Assembly (NCBI GenBank): GCA_002269645.1
Contig: NIVC01002769.1
Location: 62,001 to 126,000 of the forward strand
From: Macrostomum lignano
Lineage: Eukaryota
Direction of reading: 5' to 3'
DNA length: 64,000 nucleotides
Below the pieces are notes generated by a model. It ran no database searches. It saw nothing but the letters and a program-made list of their open reading frames with translations, and was not told where the DNA came from. Of the stretch, positions 39,291-52,775 are shown piece after piece. The stretch's first letter is position 1. Each line of letters begins with the position of its first letter. The position numbers and the translations under genes were made by a program.

Positions 39291-41569
39291 GTGGCTTGAC
39301 GAACGTAGCCTTAAAATTTAGTGTCCGCGGTGTCTGAAGTTGAAAACTATTGTCATTCTACTCATGAGTACCCACTCGCGCTACAACTCGCTTGCAGAAC
39401 GGTCACCGCCTGGATCAAGCGCCAGGATCACATGACCCCATCGGAGGTGAGAAGCAGCGCGCAGCAGCTGGCCGCCAGGCACAAAGACTGCGTCGACGGT
39501 CTTGAGCGACAAAGATGGTCAGCTGCGGTGGCTTCAAAGGCACCGCCAGCTTCAAAGACGACGTCAAGCAAAAAGTCCAACTCGTCGAAGTCAAAGTCGA
39601 CGTCCACTAAGACTTCTTCGAGTTCCGCTTCCACCGCCAAGGCGTCAGCCTAGATAGACGTCCATATATTTTGGAATTTAAAGATTGACCCTCTTCGCGA
39701 ATGGTAACAACGGGCACTTTGACGTTACTTCGACAAGTTACGACATTCATCGACTGACTGTCGGTGTAATATAAAAGTATCCGCTTGGAAGCGACGTCCA
39801 TTGACGTTGAGTACGTCGGATAGGTTGGCGAATGTCGAACGTGTAGCTACTTAAAGTGTAAGTAACTGCGGTACAGTTTTTGACTCAGATATCGAATTCG
39901 TAAGTTATTTTATTAATAAACAAGTTTTTTCTTAAGAATATTTATTCAACTTACGTTATAAATGATTTGTTATTTGCACCTATTTTCATTCCACAAACCT
40001 TTTATGTACCATTTTACAATGCAAAAAATACACTCTGTTTGATGACTTTCAGTTTCAAAACTATTATCAGTTAGTTTATTTAAATTTGTTAGTTTACTTG
40101 CTACTCCTCTAGTTCTGAGCTACGGGACAAATGAAAAAACCCAGAAGTACATGAACAACCTCTGCAAGAATTTCGATGCGAGTAGGCAAATTTGTCGATT
40201 CAAAGTTGTCCGTTTAAGCTAGTAGATATATATTGTAAGTTTGTCTGAATGCTACATGTTCAGGGACGTGGAACTTTACAATGATATCATTTGGATTTGA
40301 GGCAGGCTACTTTTCTTTAATACAACTCGTAAGCCTAGAAAGACAAAGCCGACAAAAAATTTATTTTTCGAGGATTTGTGGATATTGATGGCGAATAAAA
40401 CTAAAACTTTATTTGTACGACATGTTTCGCTGAACATACAGCATCGTCAGGTAGAATAAAATATGCTCGTATTAGTGAGACCAACAGGTTACCAAAAAGC
40501 TAGTATTGGAAAACATTAAAATTACACAGTCGATAGAACTAAAAAATTCTGAGGTGCATACTGCTGCCTCTCCCTGCTCCCAGCACCAAAGTATGAAATT
40601 TTGATGACTGGATTAGAAGTTAAATTCTTTTCCTTTTGCGTACTTTGTTCTTTCTTATTAAATTTATTGAGCAGGAACTTGTAAATCTCATTATTCTATC
40701 ATTAAATCTATTACTGTCATTAGAGTACAAAAACAATAAAAACAATTGAGTCTTTAAAAAGCAGCGTCACAGGCGCGCCTCTGAGCCAGGTCGCCAACGA
40801 AGGCCACGGGGGCGCCAGCATCAAGCAGCATGTGGGCCTTATATTTTCAACTTTTGTTAGCCCAGGAGACTGCTGGATTATCAGAAAAAAGCACCATACT
40901 TCAAAACCTTGCCATATATGGCTTAAAGAGCGAAAGCAAATTTGAATCTGTGGAGATGGCTTTAATGATTTAAACAATTAAATAAAATTGTTAAAGTAAA
41001 AAACTCAAAAAGTAGAATTAAAAAATAAAAATATACACGAAGGAGCAAAAAAATAAGTTCTACATGACAGTAAAAAATGAAAAACATTTATAAGTATTCA
41101 CACATTGCACTATCGCAAAAAAGCAAAGACAGCCAATATAATAAAAAAAATTTCTACCATTCAATAAGTGCTCAAATGAGTACAGACTAAAAAGTGTTTG
41201 AGGCCCGTAAGTACATAAAATCACGTAAACAAATCCTGAAAAAGCAACTTGTCAATCGTGATGTCAGTGCCCTCCTAGAGCACGAGCTCCTCTCGCTCTC
41301 TAATTCCATATCTCTTCCTCTTCGTTGCCGCACTCAAGGACGACTAAATTAAGTAATAAAGTAAGTCCTTGGCCGCACTGTGCACCAAGCCTTTCTCACT
41401 AATTGCGACAACTTCTCACTCACAATTCAACTCCTAAGTTACGCAACTAAGCCGCCGCGAGGAGGGAAAAGTTGACTGAATCAATAATAAACGTCAGTCG
41501 CACAAAATCATAAGTTTATTTTTTATACAAAATGCAATTAGAATCGCGATGCTTAATAACGCGTGTTAT

Positions 41570-41710
41570 ATCCCCTTGCGTGCAGATTGCGGCGACTCTG
41601 CAGGGCATCCCCAGGATGAGGCGGCGCAGAAAGTCCTGGGGAAGCTGCTGCCAAGCGTTTTCAATGGCATGACGCAGCTTCGCAGCATTCTCTAGCGGAC
41701 TATCTTTTTG
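41570..41710 (-). mobile_element. Tc1/mariner transposase C-terminal fragment
   Basis: KLRHAIENAWQQLPQDFLRRLILGMPCRVAAIC..GD.TR matches the Tc1 C-terminal L..AI..AW..IP....L..SMP.R pattern. Confidence 0.75.
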
Positions 41711-42258
41711 AATGCTTAGATAAACACAAGTGGCAATAAGCTTCGCGCTTACCGTAAGTTGCGTCACTCGCAATAAGTGAGAAAAATTCATCTTCATTGA
41801 CTGTTGAGTATATATATATAAATACATCGGTTCCAATTCATTAGGAGCCTGACGATGCCTGTCGCTTAGCCAAAAATTCCAGTGCTCGCATTCTTATTTT
41901 TACGATTCTTACTAGAACAGGCGTCAGTGAACAATTTCTCTTGGACAATTCTAAAATAAAAAATACAAGAAAACTATCGGGGTAGCTTTATTCCGTCCGA
42001 TCCTCGCACACCGCTCCCCCCACTTCATTCTGCAACTCAATTCTTCCGCTTGGCGTAGCTAAGTTGCGTCACTGGTAAAGATCGAGAGACTTAACCTGCA
42101 CTCTCAAAAGTGGCGACTACAGATGGAATCTGCTATGATGGCGACTTTTCGATGGTGTTGAGCACAAATTTCATTTACCAGTATACTACAATCTACGTAC
42201 ATTACATCAAGTAAAGTTTACCGATGAATGTTCACGAAAGCAATTTTAGCTGCCGATT

Positions 42259-45200
42259 TCAGCAATCTGCTGTGATCTCGCGGACTTTTGATGACTCAGC
42301 GCGTTTTTTCTGCTGCTGATATTTCTCCTCCAGCCACTGAGGCACGTCACCGAACATCTTCGTGCTTTTTCTCAACAGCAGCCGCAGCAGCTCCACATCT
42401 TGGCAATTCGCTGCAGCAACCACCAGCTCCTGCTCGTCTGCATATTCCATGTGAGCCACATGCCGGATCCAGCGTTGAGCATCTGAGTCTCCTGTACCCA
42501 ACAACTCAAAGCGGAGCGCTTGCAGCAGAGCGTCGAAGTTTACAAAGAAGTAGGTGTTGTAGTTCTCTAATTCGAGGGGGATGTAATTGAGGATCACAGC
42601 AGTGCTATCTGAAATCGGTAGCTTAGGCCGCTTGCGAAGCCAAAAGCAGAACTTCCACGCGGAGTCTCGGCTCGTCAGGTGCTCCCTCACGAATTCCGTA
42701 GTCGCCTCACTCGCCGACCCCTCAGCGGGCCAGTCGATGCCTCTGCTTGCGCTGAACGGCCCGCAGTCGCTCACGACTTTCGCTGCAGCATCTCGGTCGC
42801 CGAACTTCAGGTAGCTCAGCGCTCTGAGAGACTCTCGCGCTGAGCGGGCGCAGTCTGGCAGCTTGTCGATCAGCTCCGAGAGACGCTGTCGGGACTCTGT
42901 GCTTCGGTCTTGGTCCGACACTCCGAGAAGCGACTCTCTCACGATGTCGTAGATCTCGTGGTACTCGCAGGTCTTCGCCGTTGACACCGGTTTATCAAAC
43001 TGCATGAGCGGCAGAATGAGGAACGGGTAGAAGTGGAATCGGCCCGAGTCGGTGACGGGTCGCAGGCTGTCCTCGAACTCCAGCAGCAGCTCAGGCAGCC
43101 TATCGATCGCATCTTTCACTGCATCGGCTGCCTCAGTCAACGCTTGAATCGCCTTCTCAGCTGATGAGGTGTCCACGCCTCTCAGGTACACAGCGGCATC
43201 GCGAAGGAAAAAGTGGTCCATGATCCTGGCGTCAGGTCTGCCTGATCTGCAGTCGCTCTCAAGCATCTGCAGCGAGCGTCTGGTGAGACTCACGAGATTC
43301 CGGGGGTCGTTCCACTGCTCAACCGGTGTCTGGTCGAGCATTCGGAACGCGATGGTTTTTGCGTGATACGACTTGAAGCCGTTGTGCCGGACGGCCTTCT
43401 TCAGCAGCCACTTGAGCGTGACGAACAGCTGGCCCTGCAGAGTGCTGACACTCCGCAGCAGCCGCCTCTCCAGGAAGCTGGTGCTCACTCGGAGCTGCTG
43501 GCCTTCTTTTCCGGGAGGCGCTGCGTGCACCACGTGACAGGGCGATAAGGCAGAGGTGAGATCGTGCTCTAGCAAACGCAAAACGGACTTGGGGATGTTG
43601 GAGACTCTGTTGGTGGCAAGTGGCGCGATAGGCGGGTAGCGGCAGAGGCGGCGGGCCTCAACAATGTCTACAGCCGGTCTCAGGATGGAGCCATTGTACT
43701 GAGTAGCTGGCCTGGATGCTGCAAGCGTAGTTTTGCGAGTGTAAAGAGCGTTAAAAATAACATTTTTCGTAAATCTCTCTTATAATTTTTTATTCTTTCT
43801 AATAATGAAGTTGCCGAAGTTTAGGACGAACTACTGTGTTAATATCATCTTCCTCCAGTGTTTTATGGAGCATGCCAATCATTTATTGAGCTATCCTTTA
43901 TTGCTTTTATTCCTTAGAATGCCGGGTAGGTGAAAAAGCAACTCTCACCGAAACCAGGGCAGAATACGTGTCCATTGCTGTACTTCAAAGTCTCAGCAGC
44001 CGTCTCTTCAGAGCACTCGCACACATCCTTCGCGTGCAACGAGATGCCTCTGTGCAGCTGCATGGCATCGATGTCGGACTCCACGCCAGTTCTGCCATCC
44101 AGCGAGACCAGGCTGTTCCCCCAGCCCTCGGAGAAGCTGCCCACCAAATAATAGTTATCTTTCTTTTGCCTTTTCCTCAGAATATCCTGCAGGACATCAG
44201 CCACAGCGCTCTGCAAGGCGGCTCTCGAGTCCACGAATCCCGACCGAAAGAGCTTCGAGTGCAGCTGCTGGCTGAGGTCCGAGTCGCTGATAGGAGCTCT
44301 GAATGAAGAGTTTCGTAACTTTTAGTGCATACTATGCGGAAATTTTATTTTGTGAAAGGGATTAAAGCTATCAATATTATTTTACACTGCATGTGAACCA
44401 GGAGCAATCGTCAAGTAAAAATATTTTTGCGGTGGCAGTTGTTACAATTCCTCATTTTGTTAAAAGTTTGCTGGGCATATAATAGGGTGTAGGGCACATT
44501 TGGCTGCCTTATTACGATTTGAGGGGTTTCATTATTTTGCATTATATATTCACGATATACAGAAAGTTCTCGCGGTTTCCGAAGTTACGGTTTGTAAGCC
44601 GTACATAAATTTCTAAAGGCTTCCAGAGGGTTTGGTGTGCAGAGGTATACAAATGTCTTTGACTGACGCAGAGCAAGCCAAATTTAAGTTTCAGCTACTG
44701 TGCCACAGTACCATTACATTAACTTAAAGTACTTTATTTCATTGAAGGCTTCAAAAACCACGAGAACTTTTTGCTTAACCCATTATTTTGCTCGAAACAA
44801 AGGAACTTGCAACTTTATGTTAAATTAACTGAATTCAAATGATCTCAGTTCTTGAGTTAAGTTATGTTATGTTATGTTATGTTATGTTATTTTCGCAACA
44901 TAACAGTTCTTGAGTCGAGCACATACCTTTTATTTGGTGGTTGCAGGCTTGCTCCCCGATTGCCATGCAGTGCACGCTGCAAAATCTCTACAGATTTTTC
45001 GCTACCAAAGTCCCGAGCGCGCTCAAGAGCCGATTGAATCGAATGCTGAGAGTCGTCGATTACTCGTATGTGGGAGCTGAGCAGCAACTCGACGATGAGA
45101 TAGTGGTCATTTTGTGAGGCAATGTAGAGAAGCGACTTGCCTGAGCTAATTTCAACATTGACGTGGGGTTGAGCATCAATGAGCAATTTAGCTACGAGAT

Positions 45201-46050
45201 GGCGGCCTTGCTGAGCTGCAATGTAAAGAGGCGACTCGCCGGTGTCTCGACGAAGGCTGACGTCGGCTTGCGCTTTGATGAGTGAGTCCACTACAAGATG
45301 GTGACCGTTACGGGATGCAATGTAGAGAGGTGACTCGCCATTGTCTTGTTGAAGGTTGACGTCGGCTTGTGCTTCAATAAGCGAGTAGACCACCTTATTA
45401 CGACCAAAGCGAGATGCAATGAAAAGAGGTGAAGAACCAGTTCTGCGTTGAAGATTGACATCGGCACCTGCTTTGATGAGCGAATTGACCACGTCGAGAT
45501 GACCGTACTGTGATGCGATGTAGATAGGTGCTTCACCAGGCATTCGCTGAAGATTGACGTCGGCCATTTCCTTGATGAGCAAATCGACTACGATATGATG
45601 ACCGTTGCAGGATGCAATGTACAGAGGTGAGGCACCAGTTCTTCGTTGAAGATTGACGTTAGCTTCTGCTTGAAGGAGCAGTTGAACCACCCGGTAGCAA
45701 CCAAATTTTGATCCGATGTAGAGAGGCGTCTCACCGTCGTTGTTTTGTAGATCGACGTCAGCTCCAGCTTTGATCAGCGTCCGAACCGCCAGATGTTGGC
45801 CGTGCTCTGAAGCGAGGTGAAGTGCAGAGGATCCATCGCAGTTTCTCTGGTCGATATTCAAGTTCTCCTGAGCAAGTCTTAGCAAGATTTTGTCCCTCCC
45901 TAAGCAGCTCGCAAGCATAACTAGTGTGATCTCGGATTCATTCCAAGTGTAAAAGGTGTCAATATTGTGTCCACAAGATATGTAATTCTCAAGGGCTTGA
46001 ATTTCGTTGGCTTCAATTGCGGAAATGATTGCAGCATTTTTGGGCTCCAT
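42259..46050 (-). CDS. Ankyrin-repeat / cGAS-like (Mab-21, cGLR) nucleotidyltransferase fusion protein, 3 exons, 977 aa
   Basis: Exons 46050-44927 (about 9 clear ankyrin repeats plus caps; donor AG|gtatgt), 44298-43949 (acceptor ttcattcag; VGSFSEG..SDID), 43718-42259 ([28 protein letters not shown], helical C-terminus). 2934 nt, all junctions in frame, no internal stop seen. Confidence 0.88.
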
Positions 46051-46409
46051 TGCAACCTCCTTGATTGGCTCGCCGCTGCTAAAGAAGGACCAAAATTAGG
46101 CAGACAGCCCTGCAATAATTCGCTGCAACAACTTCAATGTCGAAAGGTACCGTGTTGAAATATTGACTAGTTAAAGACCTAGGTCTGGAGTTCTGCACAA
46201 ATAAAAAGCAAATTGAGCTGTTCATAAAGTGAAAAGTCGGTCCTTATCTCTCCTTATCTTTAAATGCGAGCTACGTCACAGTGTTCGCTCACTGTACAAC
46301 AGACATTTAGCTAATATGGAATGCGGACGCAGATCGAAGAAGACGAATAACATTATAACATTTAGCTCGTAGCTATTACTGTGTTGGTTTGTGACTGGTC
46401 TTGACTAGT

Positions 46410-48075
46410 CAATAACCAGTTTTAAACCCCTCTCCCTCTGTCCGTGCTGTGTGGGGGGGGGGGTGCTTGGCTCTGCGTGCGTCGGGTGGTGGCCTGGTGG
46501 GGTGGGCTTTAGCCTCTGCGCCGTCGCCCCTTTTATTGGCGTCTCACTCAGTTGAATCTGCGTTTTCGGCTGCCTGCATGAGCTCAATTTTTTTAGCTCT
46601 AAGATTTTTTCATCTGGCACCATTTCTGACCTAAACCGGTTAACAGTAGCCCAACTGCGAGTGGCCCTAAGAGACAATGGCCTACCGGTTTCGGGAAACA
46701 AGCAAGAGCTTGTTGAGCGGCTTCAAGCTGCTCCACCACAGCCAGGCGACGCCGAAGTCCCAGACTATGCAGAAGGGGACGAAGCAGATACTGCGATAAA
46801 TCAGCTGCTGAACGGGGAAAAATCGGAGAATATTGACGCCACGGTCGCCACGAACATTGCCCAAGAGAGCCGACTTGATAGCGAAATTCAGCAAGCTAGG
46901 TCGCGGATCGAGCTGCTAAAACTGAAGAAGCGAGAGGCGCAACTCCGGCAGGAAATCGGTCTGCATGCCGCCGCCACAGCTGAAGAGGTCGACCCGATTT
47001 CGGCACTTTTTGGCTCGCTTTCAGCGAAGGCGCGGCCGGCTCGACGCCCTCTGCTCATCCCGAACTTCGTGGATGGTAGACGGGATCAGATGACAGGGCT
47101 GACGCATGATCGCGACCGGGGCGCGGCGAAGAGCGGTGCGTCCAGCCTCGACAGCATCAGCACTGGGCAATGGATCGCTGCTAACGCCAGAATAATGCTG
47201 CAGCTGCTTGAGTCCAACCAGCTCGTCTCAAAAGGAAGCGATGGAAGCATCGATGTGCGGCGCTTGAAAGCTTACCTCAATTTCAACATACATATCGGCT
47301 AGCTCATGGAAGCAGACTACGATTGGAATGTCGTCCTACGATACGATCAGGACATGCGTCTGTTACAGCACGAGCGGCAAAGAGACTGGGACAGCCCAGA
47401 CCTCCATATCTTAATCAAGCACATGACTGCGCCTAAGAACCTGCGAAAGACAGGCAGCAAAAAGTCTTCCAGATGAAGCCAAGCAACATCATGAGGCCAG
47501 ACGATTTGCGGCCTCTTCAACAGCAACCGTGACTGCCAGAAGCAGCCTTACAACTTCGCACATGTCTGCCGCATCTGTGAGGCTCCGCACCCGGCCCATC
47601 AGCACCAGCACAACAATGGTTCGGGTCCAAAAAACTGATTGACCTCCGCCTCGCCTGCTGCCTTGCCTGCTCCGTCTTTAACTTCGTCACCCAACTCGCC
47701 TACAGCTTCATTCTTATCCATCTCGCCTCATCCGTCATCGGCTACTGCCGCGCCTGGTGGTGCCATTGCTGCCTCCAGATCGTCTAACCCGCCAACCCCG
47801 CCGCCAGCCCAGCTGCCAGCTCAGCCGCCAGCCCAGTCACCGGTCTCGACCTGGTCGCTTTCGCCATCAGCTTCGGAGCCTGTTCTAGCCAACGATCCGG
47901 ATGCGGAGTTTTTCCGTACTGGCCTGCGCAATGGATTCCTCATCGTCAACAAGCCAGCTCAATCGGCCTCCGAATTCAGCATCTACGAATCCGCTCTTTG
48001 TGAGGACACCTACCAGCTGGTTGAGTCTCAGATCAGAGAGGAACTTGAGACTGGCCGCTATGTGTGCGCTTCAGA
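46410..48075 (+). mobile_element. DIRS/Ngaro-like tyrosine-recombinase retrotransposon, 5' part (SAP-containing gag-like ORF1 and start of RT ORF)
   Basis: LNRLTVAQLRVALRDNGLPVSGNKQELVERL (SAP); WNVVLRYDQDMR..WDSPD and C..FN..C..NFAHVCRIC..HP (DIRS gag); DPDAEFFRTGLRNGF..ESA..VESQIREELETGRY (start of pol). Contains stops; truncated near 48075. Confidence 0.75.
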
Positions 48076-48337
48076 GTTGAGCTCTTTAAACGCTGTCGTT
48101 CGAAAGTGGCAAGTCTCTTCTTTATAATGACTCAACCGCGATTGATTTGAATGTGTATTTTACGAGATATGTGCACTTGAGTAGAGAGAGATCGGTCATG
48201 TATCCCCCACTTGCCCCGGGCGAACGTCTATGGTCTCAGTGTAAACTTCATTTATTTGCATCGGTGCAAATAAACGGTTTATTTCACTCGCCCAAAGACA
48301 ATATTAAAACGCTGCTTCTAACTGCTCACTTGGCTAC

Positions 48338-48854
<517 letters not shown>

Positions 48855-50109
48855 TCACCACTGTCTGAATCTGCAGAATATGGTATAGAAATACGTATAA
48901 GATATTCTATGGCTTTAAGGTCGGTGGCTCAAGGGATTTAAGTGAAATACCGACCGAAAAACCCATAGAATATCTTATTTAAAGTACTTTAATTTTGCGG
49001 GATGTATTCAGATAAATCCCGGAGCCATACTTGTATGTCTATGGTTGAAGTTGGGGATGGGGTGTGGGGGCGAAGCCCCTGCTGGGGGTGTGGGAGCGAA
49101 GCCGCCACATTCTTACCATAGAAAAAATTTCATTAAGAAATTTCCCGAGTCACGAAGAAGAGAAGAGAGAAGCTCGCTTATTTAGATACATACAATGTAT
49201 GATAATCGAGAGGTCACGCTTCACACAATAATCCTTGCAATATGTCAGGGAAAGTGATCGATTAAATCCTGCAAAACAAAATCTATGTCAAACACCTACC
49301 TGAAAGTGAGCTTTAAAGTGGTTTAAAGAAGCTTAAATACGAGCGTACCTGCTAAAATTAGCATTCTGCTCAATGACGAATCGATATTTTTGCATGCATG
49401 TAGTTGTTTTGTGGTCAAATATGGCACAGTGAAGAGTTTTCTCAAAAGAATACGGCTGCACCAGTTGTGTCAAAATTTTTCACTGTTGCTCAAGTTTGAT
49501 CCACCAATTGTCAAATGGACGTGCATTCAAAGACGGTAGCGACATGCCATCTTTACACTTTAGAGCTCCGGATGCAAAGCAGCTGACATTCACAAGCAAC
49601 TCTGAACTGCGCAAGGCGACCATTCCGTCAGCACGATGACAGTAAACAGAGGGTGAACGAGTTCAGGGGTGGAAGAACTGACATGAACTGGAACTGAACT
49701 GACTGAAGGTCAGGACGCTCTGAGATCCATATCAGCGGCGGCCTCGTCTCGGATCCATTTTCGACTTGATTGATGAAGACAGCCATCAAAGCATCCGCGA
49801 AATAGCCGATAGACGATGATTGCTTGAAGTTCACAGTTTACAAGTGTCTGCAGAAGATTATTCATGCCAAGCTGAGTGCCCGTTGGGTTCCCTGACGACT
49901 CTCTGAGGACATGAAACTGTATCGTCTGTACAGAAGGCTTGTGTCTAGGTTCTGTAAGTCTATGACCGATCTCCCTCTATTCAAGTGCACATATCTCTTA
50001 AAATACAAATCCAGATCAATCGCGGTTGAAGTCATTATAAAGAATAGACTTGCCGCTTTCAAACGACACCAAATTTATGTCAATGCAGCTTACCAAACGT
50101 CCGCAACAA

Positions 50110-50374
50110 GTAAAAGTAACACTACTTTCCGGACACCCCTCGTAATTGAGCAATTAGGAATCAGGATAAATCAACGCAACGACCGCGCGCTTATTTTTTT
50201 ATAATTGGATCACAACACAAATTACCTTATGATCGATAAGTTTCGTTACACAAAGAATATTTGTTTGTATAGACGTTTACTTATACTAGAGTAGTAAGAA
50301 AACTGCTCGCTTTATTAAAACTTGTAAATTAGTAAAACGGCCCTTTTTAAAGGGCCCCTTTGTCACACACAACA
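50110..50374 (-). mobile_element. Diverged LTR related to the 18327-18612 solo LTR
   Basis: Reverse complement starts tgttgtgtgtgacaaagggg..aaaagggccgttttact, colinear with tgttgtgtcgtgacaatg..aaaagggccgttttact; far end unresolved. Confidence 0.6.
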
Positions 50375-50949
50375 TTTGCTATTCGTCCATGTTGACAGTT
50401 TCCCATCATTTTGCTATTCTTCATTTTAGCGGTAATGCCAACCTCACTATAAACTGTGTCCCCGACTATAGTCTCGAGATGATGGAGTCTGGGCGATTGC
50501 TGGCTGCCTATACCCATGCAGCTCTGTGCGGGCTCCACTACTGTCTATATTTTTGCTAACTTGTAGAACTTAAAGATCTGAGTTTGACCTCTTGATTAGA
50601 CTTCGGTCCAAGGATCCCATGTTCCAGGAAACGAATTCCAACCATGCTTTCAACATTGGCTACACAAAAGAAAATGTGTGGCGGTGCTTCGCTGTGTTCC
50701 AAGGCCAACTAGCTCGTAATCTTATTTGAAGCATTGTGGTATCGTTGCATATTTTGTTGATTTCTACTGCGTGAGCATCTATGGACCTTGTCGTGTTAAG
50801 ATGAAATCCCAGGGTTCTACAAGCTGACCCAGCGGGAACAGCTGTTTTTTCTCCCTGAATAGTACTGCATACCTGAATTGAGGAATTGTATTTTGTTAGC
50901 AAAGTAATTTTTTCAAGTTATTTCACTTCAAGACGACTCATCAGATTTT

Positions 50950-51500
50950 TTTCAAGCATCGGAACGCGACCATGTATTTAAAGAGGGTTTTAAAACAATT
51001 TAAACGATCAACTTTGACCTAGAAATTAGGTTCCAGACTATAATGCTCCAACGAAACGGTTACTCTTCAGCCTATATCCACACCACAATATCCACAAATT
51101 CATTTCTGAAAGACTGCTGTGTTGACCAGATCAACTGCTCGGTTGACCAGAGCGTCTCCTACGTACGTGGGGAAGACCAAAAGACACCTGCACACTAGAA
51201 CCATGGAGCACTGGCTCAAACCGTCGGCCATCCAAACCCACCTTTTGGAATGTAACAGCTGCTCCAATTGTAAACCTGAAGAACGCTTTAAAATCATCGA
51301 TCAAGGCCCATCTGATCACAAGCTCAAGATCTTCAGAAGCCTTGTACATGAAAAACCAGTCGCCCACCCTTAATACGCAACTTCAACATAGTGGTGCAGG
51401 CCATGTGCTCCGTGTATTTGAGTGAGAGAGCACTGACCATGTTGTAACCAGTGCTCATTCAATTATATTAATTGTTTTCTGCTCATTGGTCTTCGCCCCG
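50950..51500 (+). mobile_element. Penelope-like element fragment (RT C-terminus + GIY-YIG endonuclease)
   Basis: LQRNGYSSAYI (PLE RT thumb), then TYVGKTKRHLHTRTMEH..SAIQTHLLEC..C..FKII and, after a frameshift, EALYMKNQSPTLNTQ. Confidence 0.85.
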
Positions 51501-51624
51501 CCCTACAGACTATCAACCTCCAACTACTTTGTACACACAAAATACTTACTGACCAGCTACATATGTTTCATTGACAAATAATTTATAAATTCGCTTACTC
51601 ACACCTTTCGTTTCAAACAATATA

Positions 51625-52239
51625 CACTCAGCAACAGTCAAAACCGCCACCCTACCGAGAGGCGACTTCTCTCTCACCTCAACTGCAAGTGACGTAACTT
51701 GCCCCACGGCGTGGCTAAAGCTGGGTGAGAGTGAATTCCAGGGTGAGAGTACAAAAGGGACTGGGGTTGGAGTTGGGGGTGCAACAGTACACGTGACAAT
51801 GGTCAGGCATATGACAGACGCTGAACGATGCCGCGCTGTTGGCATGCTAGAAGCTGGTGCATTTATCAGCGCAGTTGCGCCAATTTGGCCGATCACGTTC
51901 AACAATTCGAGCGCTGTTAACGAAGTGTCAAGATACTGGTAGTGTTCAGCACGCAGCCATAGGCAGTCAGCGCCATGATCTCCGCGGCTCAACAGCCAGG
52001 GCAAATCGACGTCTGCTGTGGATTTTCAGGCGAACTTCGACCGCGCCAGCCACCCTGCTCCGTCTAATGTGGGATGAAAGAAGCAGATGGGGCATCCCCT
52101 GCATCCCCTGATTGCCCTCTCCTGCATTCACTCTCACCCAGCTTTATCCACGCCGTGGTGCAAGTTGCGTCACTTGCCGTTGAGGTGAGAGAGAAGTCGC
52201 CTCTCTCGGTAGGGTGGCGGTTTTGACTGTTGCTGAGTG
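51625..52239 (+). mobile_element. Internally deleted Tc1 element (615 bp) retaining the N-terminal HTH
   Basis: TA TSD on both sides; ~120-bp TIRs starting cactcagcaacagtcaaaaccgccaccc; internal MVRHMTDAERCRAVGMLEAG..FGRSRSTIRALLTKCQDTGSV. Confidence 0.9.
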
Positions 52240-52775
52240 TACCTGACGATGCACCTTGGTGTGCGAAACGCGTCGTACAGTAACAACCTGACATGTTGAT
52301 TTTCGGCTTTCTCTTCGAACAAAAACACTGGCAACAAATTAAACTTAACGAATTGTGACACCTAATCCCGATGTATTTGGGCTGAATAAATAGAAGAATA
52401 AATATTGGAACACAGCAGACAATAAATAAAGTATTGGCTAAGCACTCCATGACCCGGTCAAGTCTCAAATCGTAAATTAATAATTTTGGCGTGACAGAAC
52501 AAAACAATATAATATCGGACAATAGACAGGTAAACAGGTAAGTGGAGGCGTTACGCTCACAAGGACTACCAATAAGTTACCATTGTATCAGGACGTAAAA
52601 CTCGTAAATAGTGCAGAAATATTTGAAGGCACGCTTGTTTACGTACGCGTATTTTTAGTGATGCTTGCCTTCTATTTGACTGCTTTAGGGAAACCTACGC
52701 TAGCTTGTGCCACAGAAACTCCAAGACAGGTGGTGTATTTATGATTGCCTAAGGCTTTAACCTGACTAATCTATA

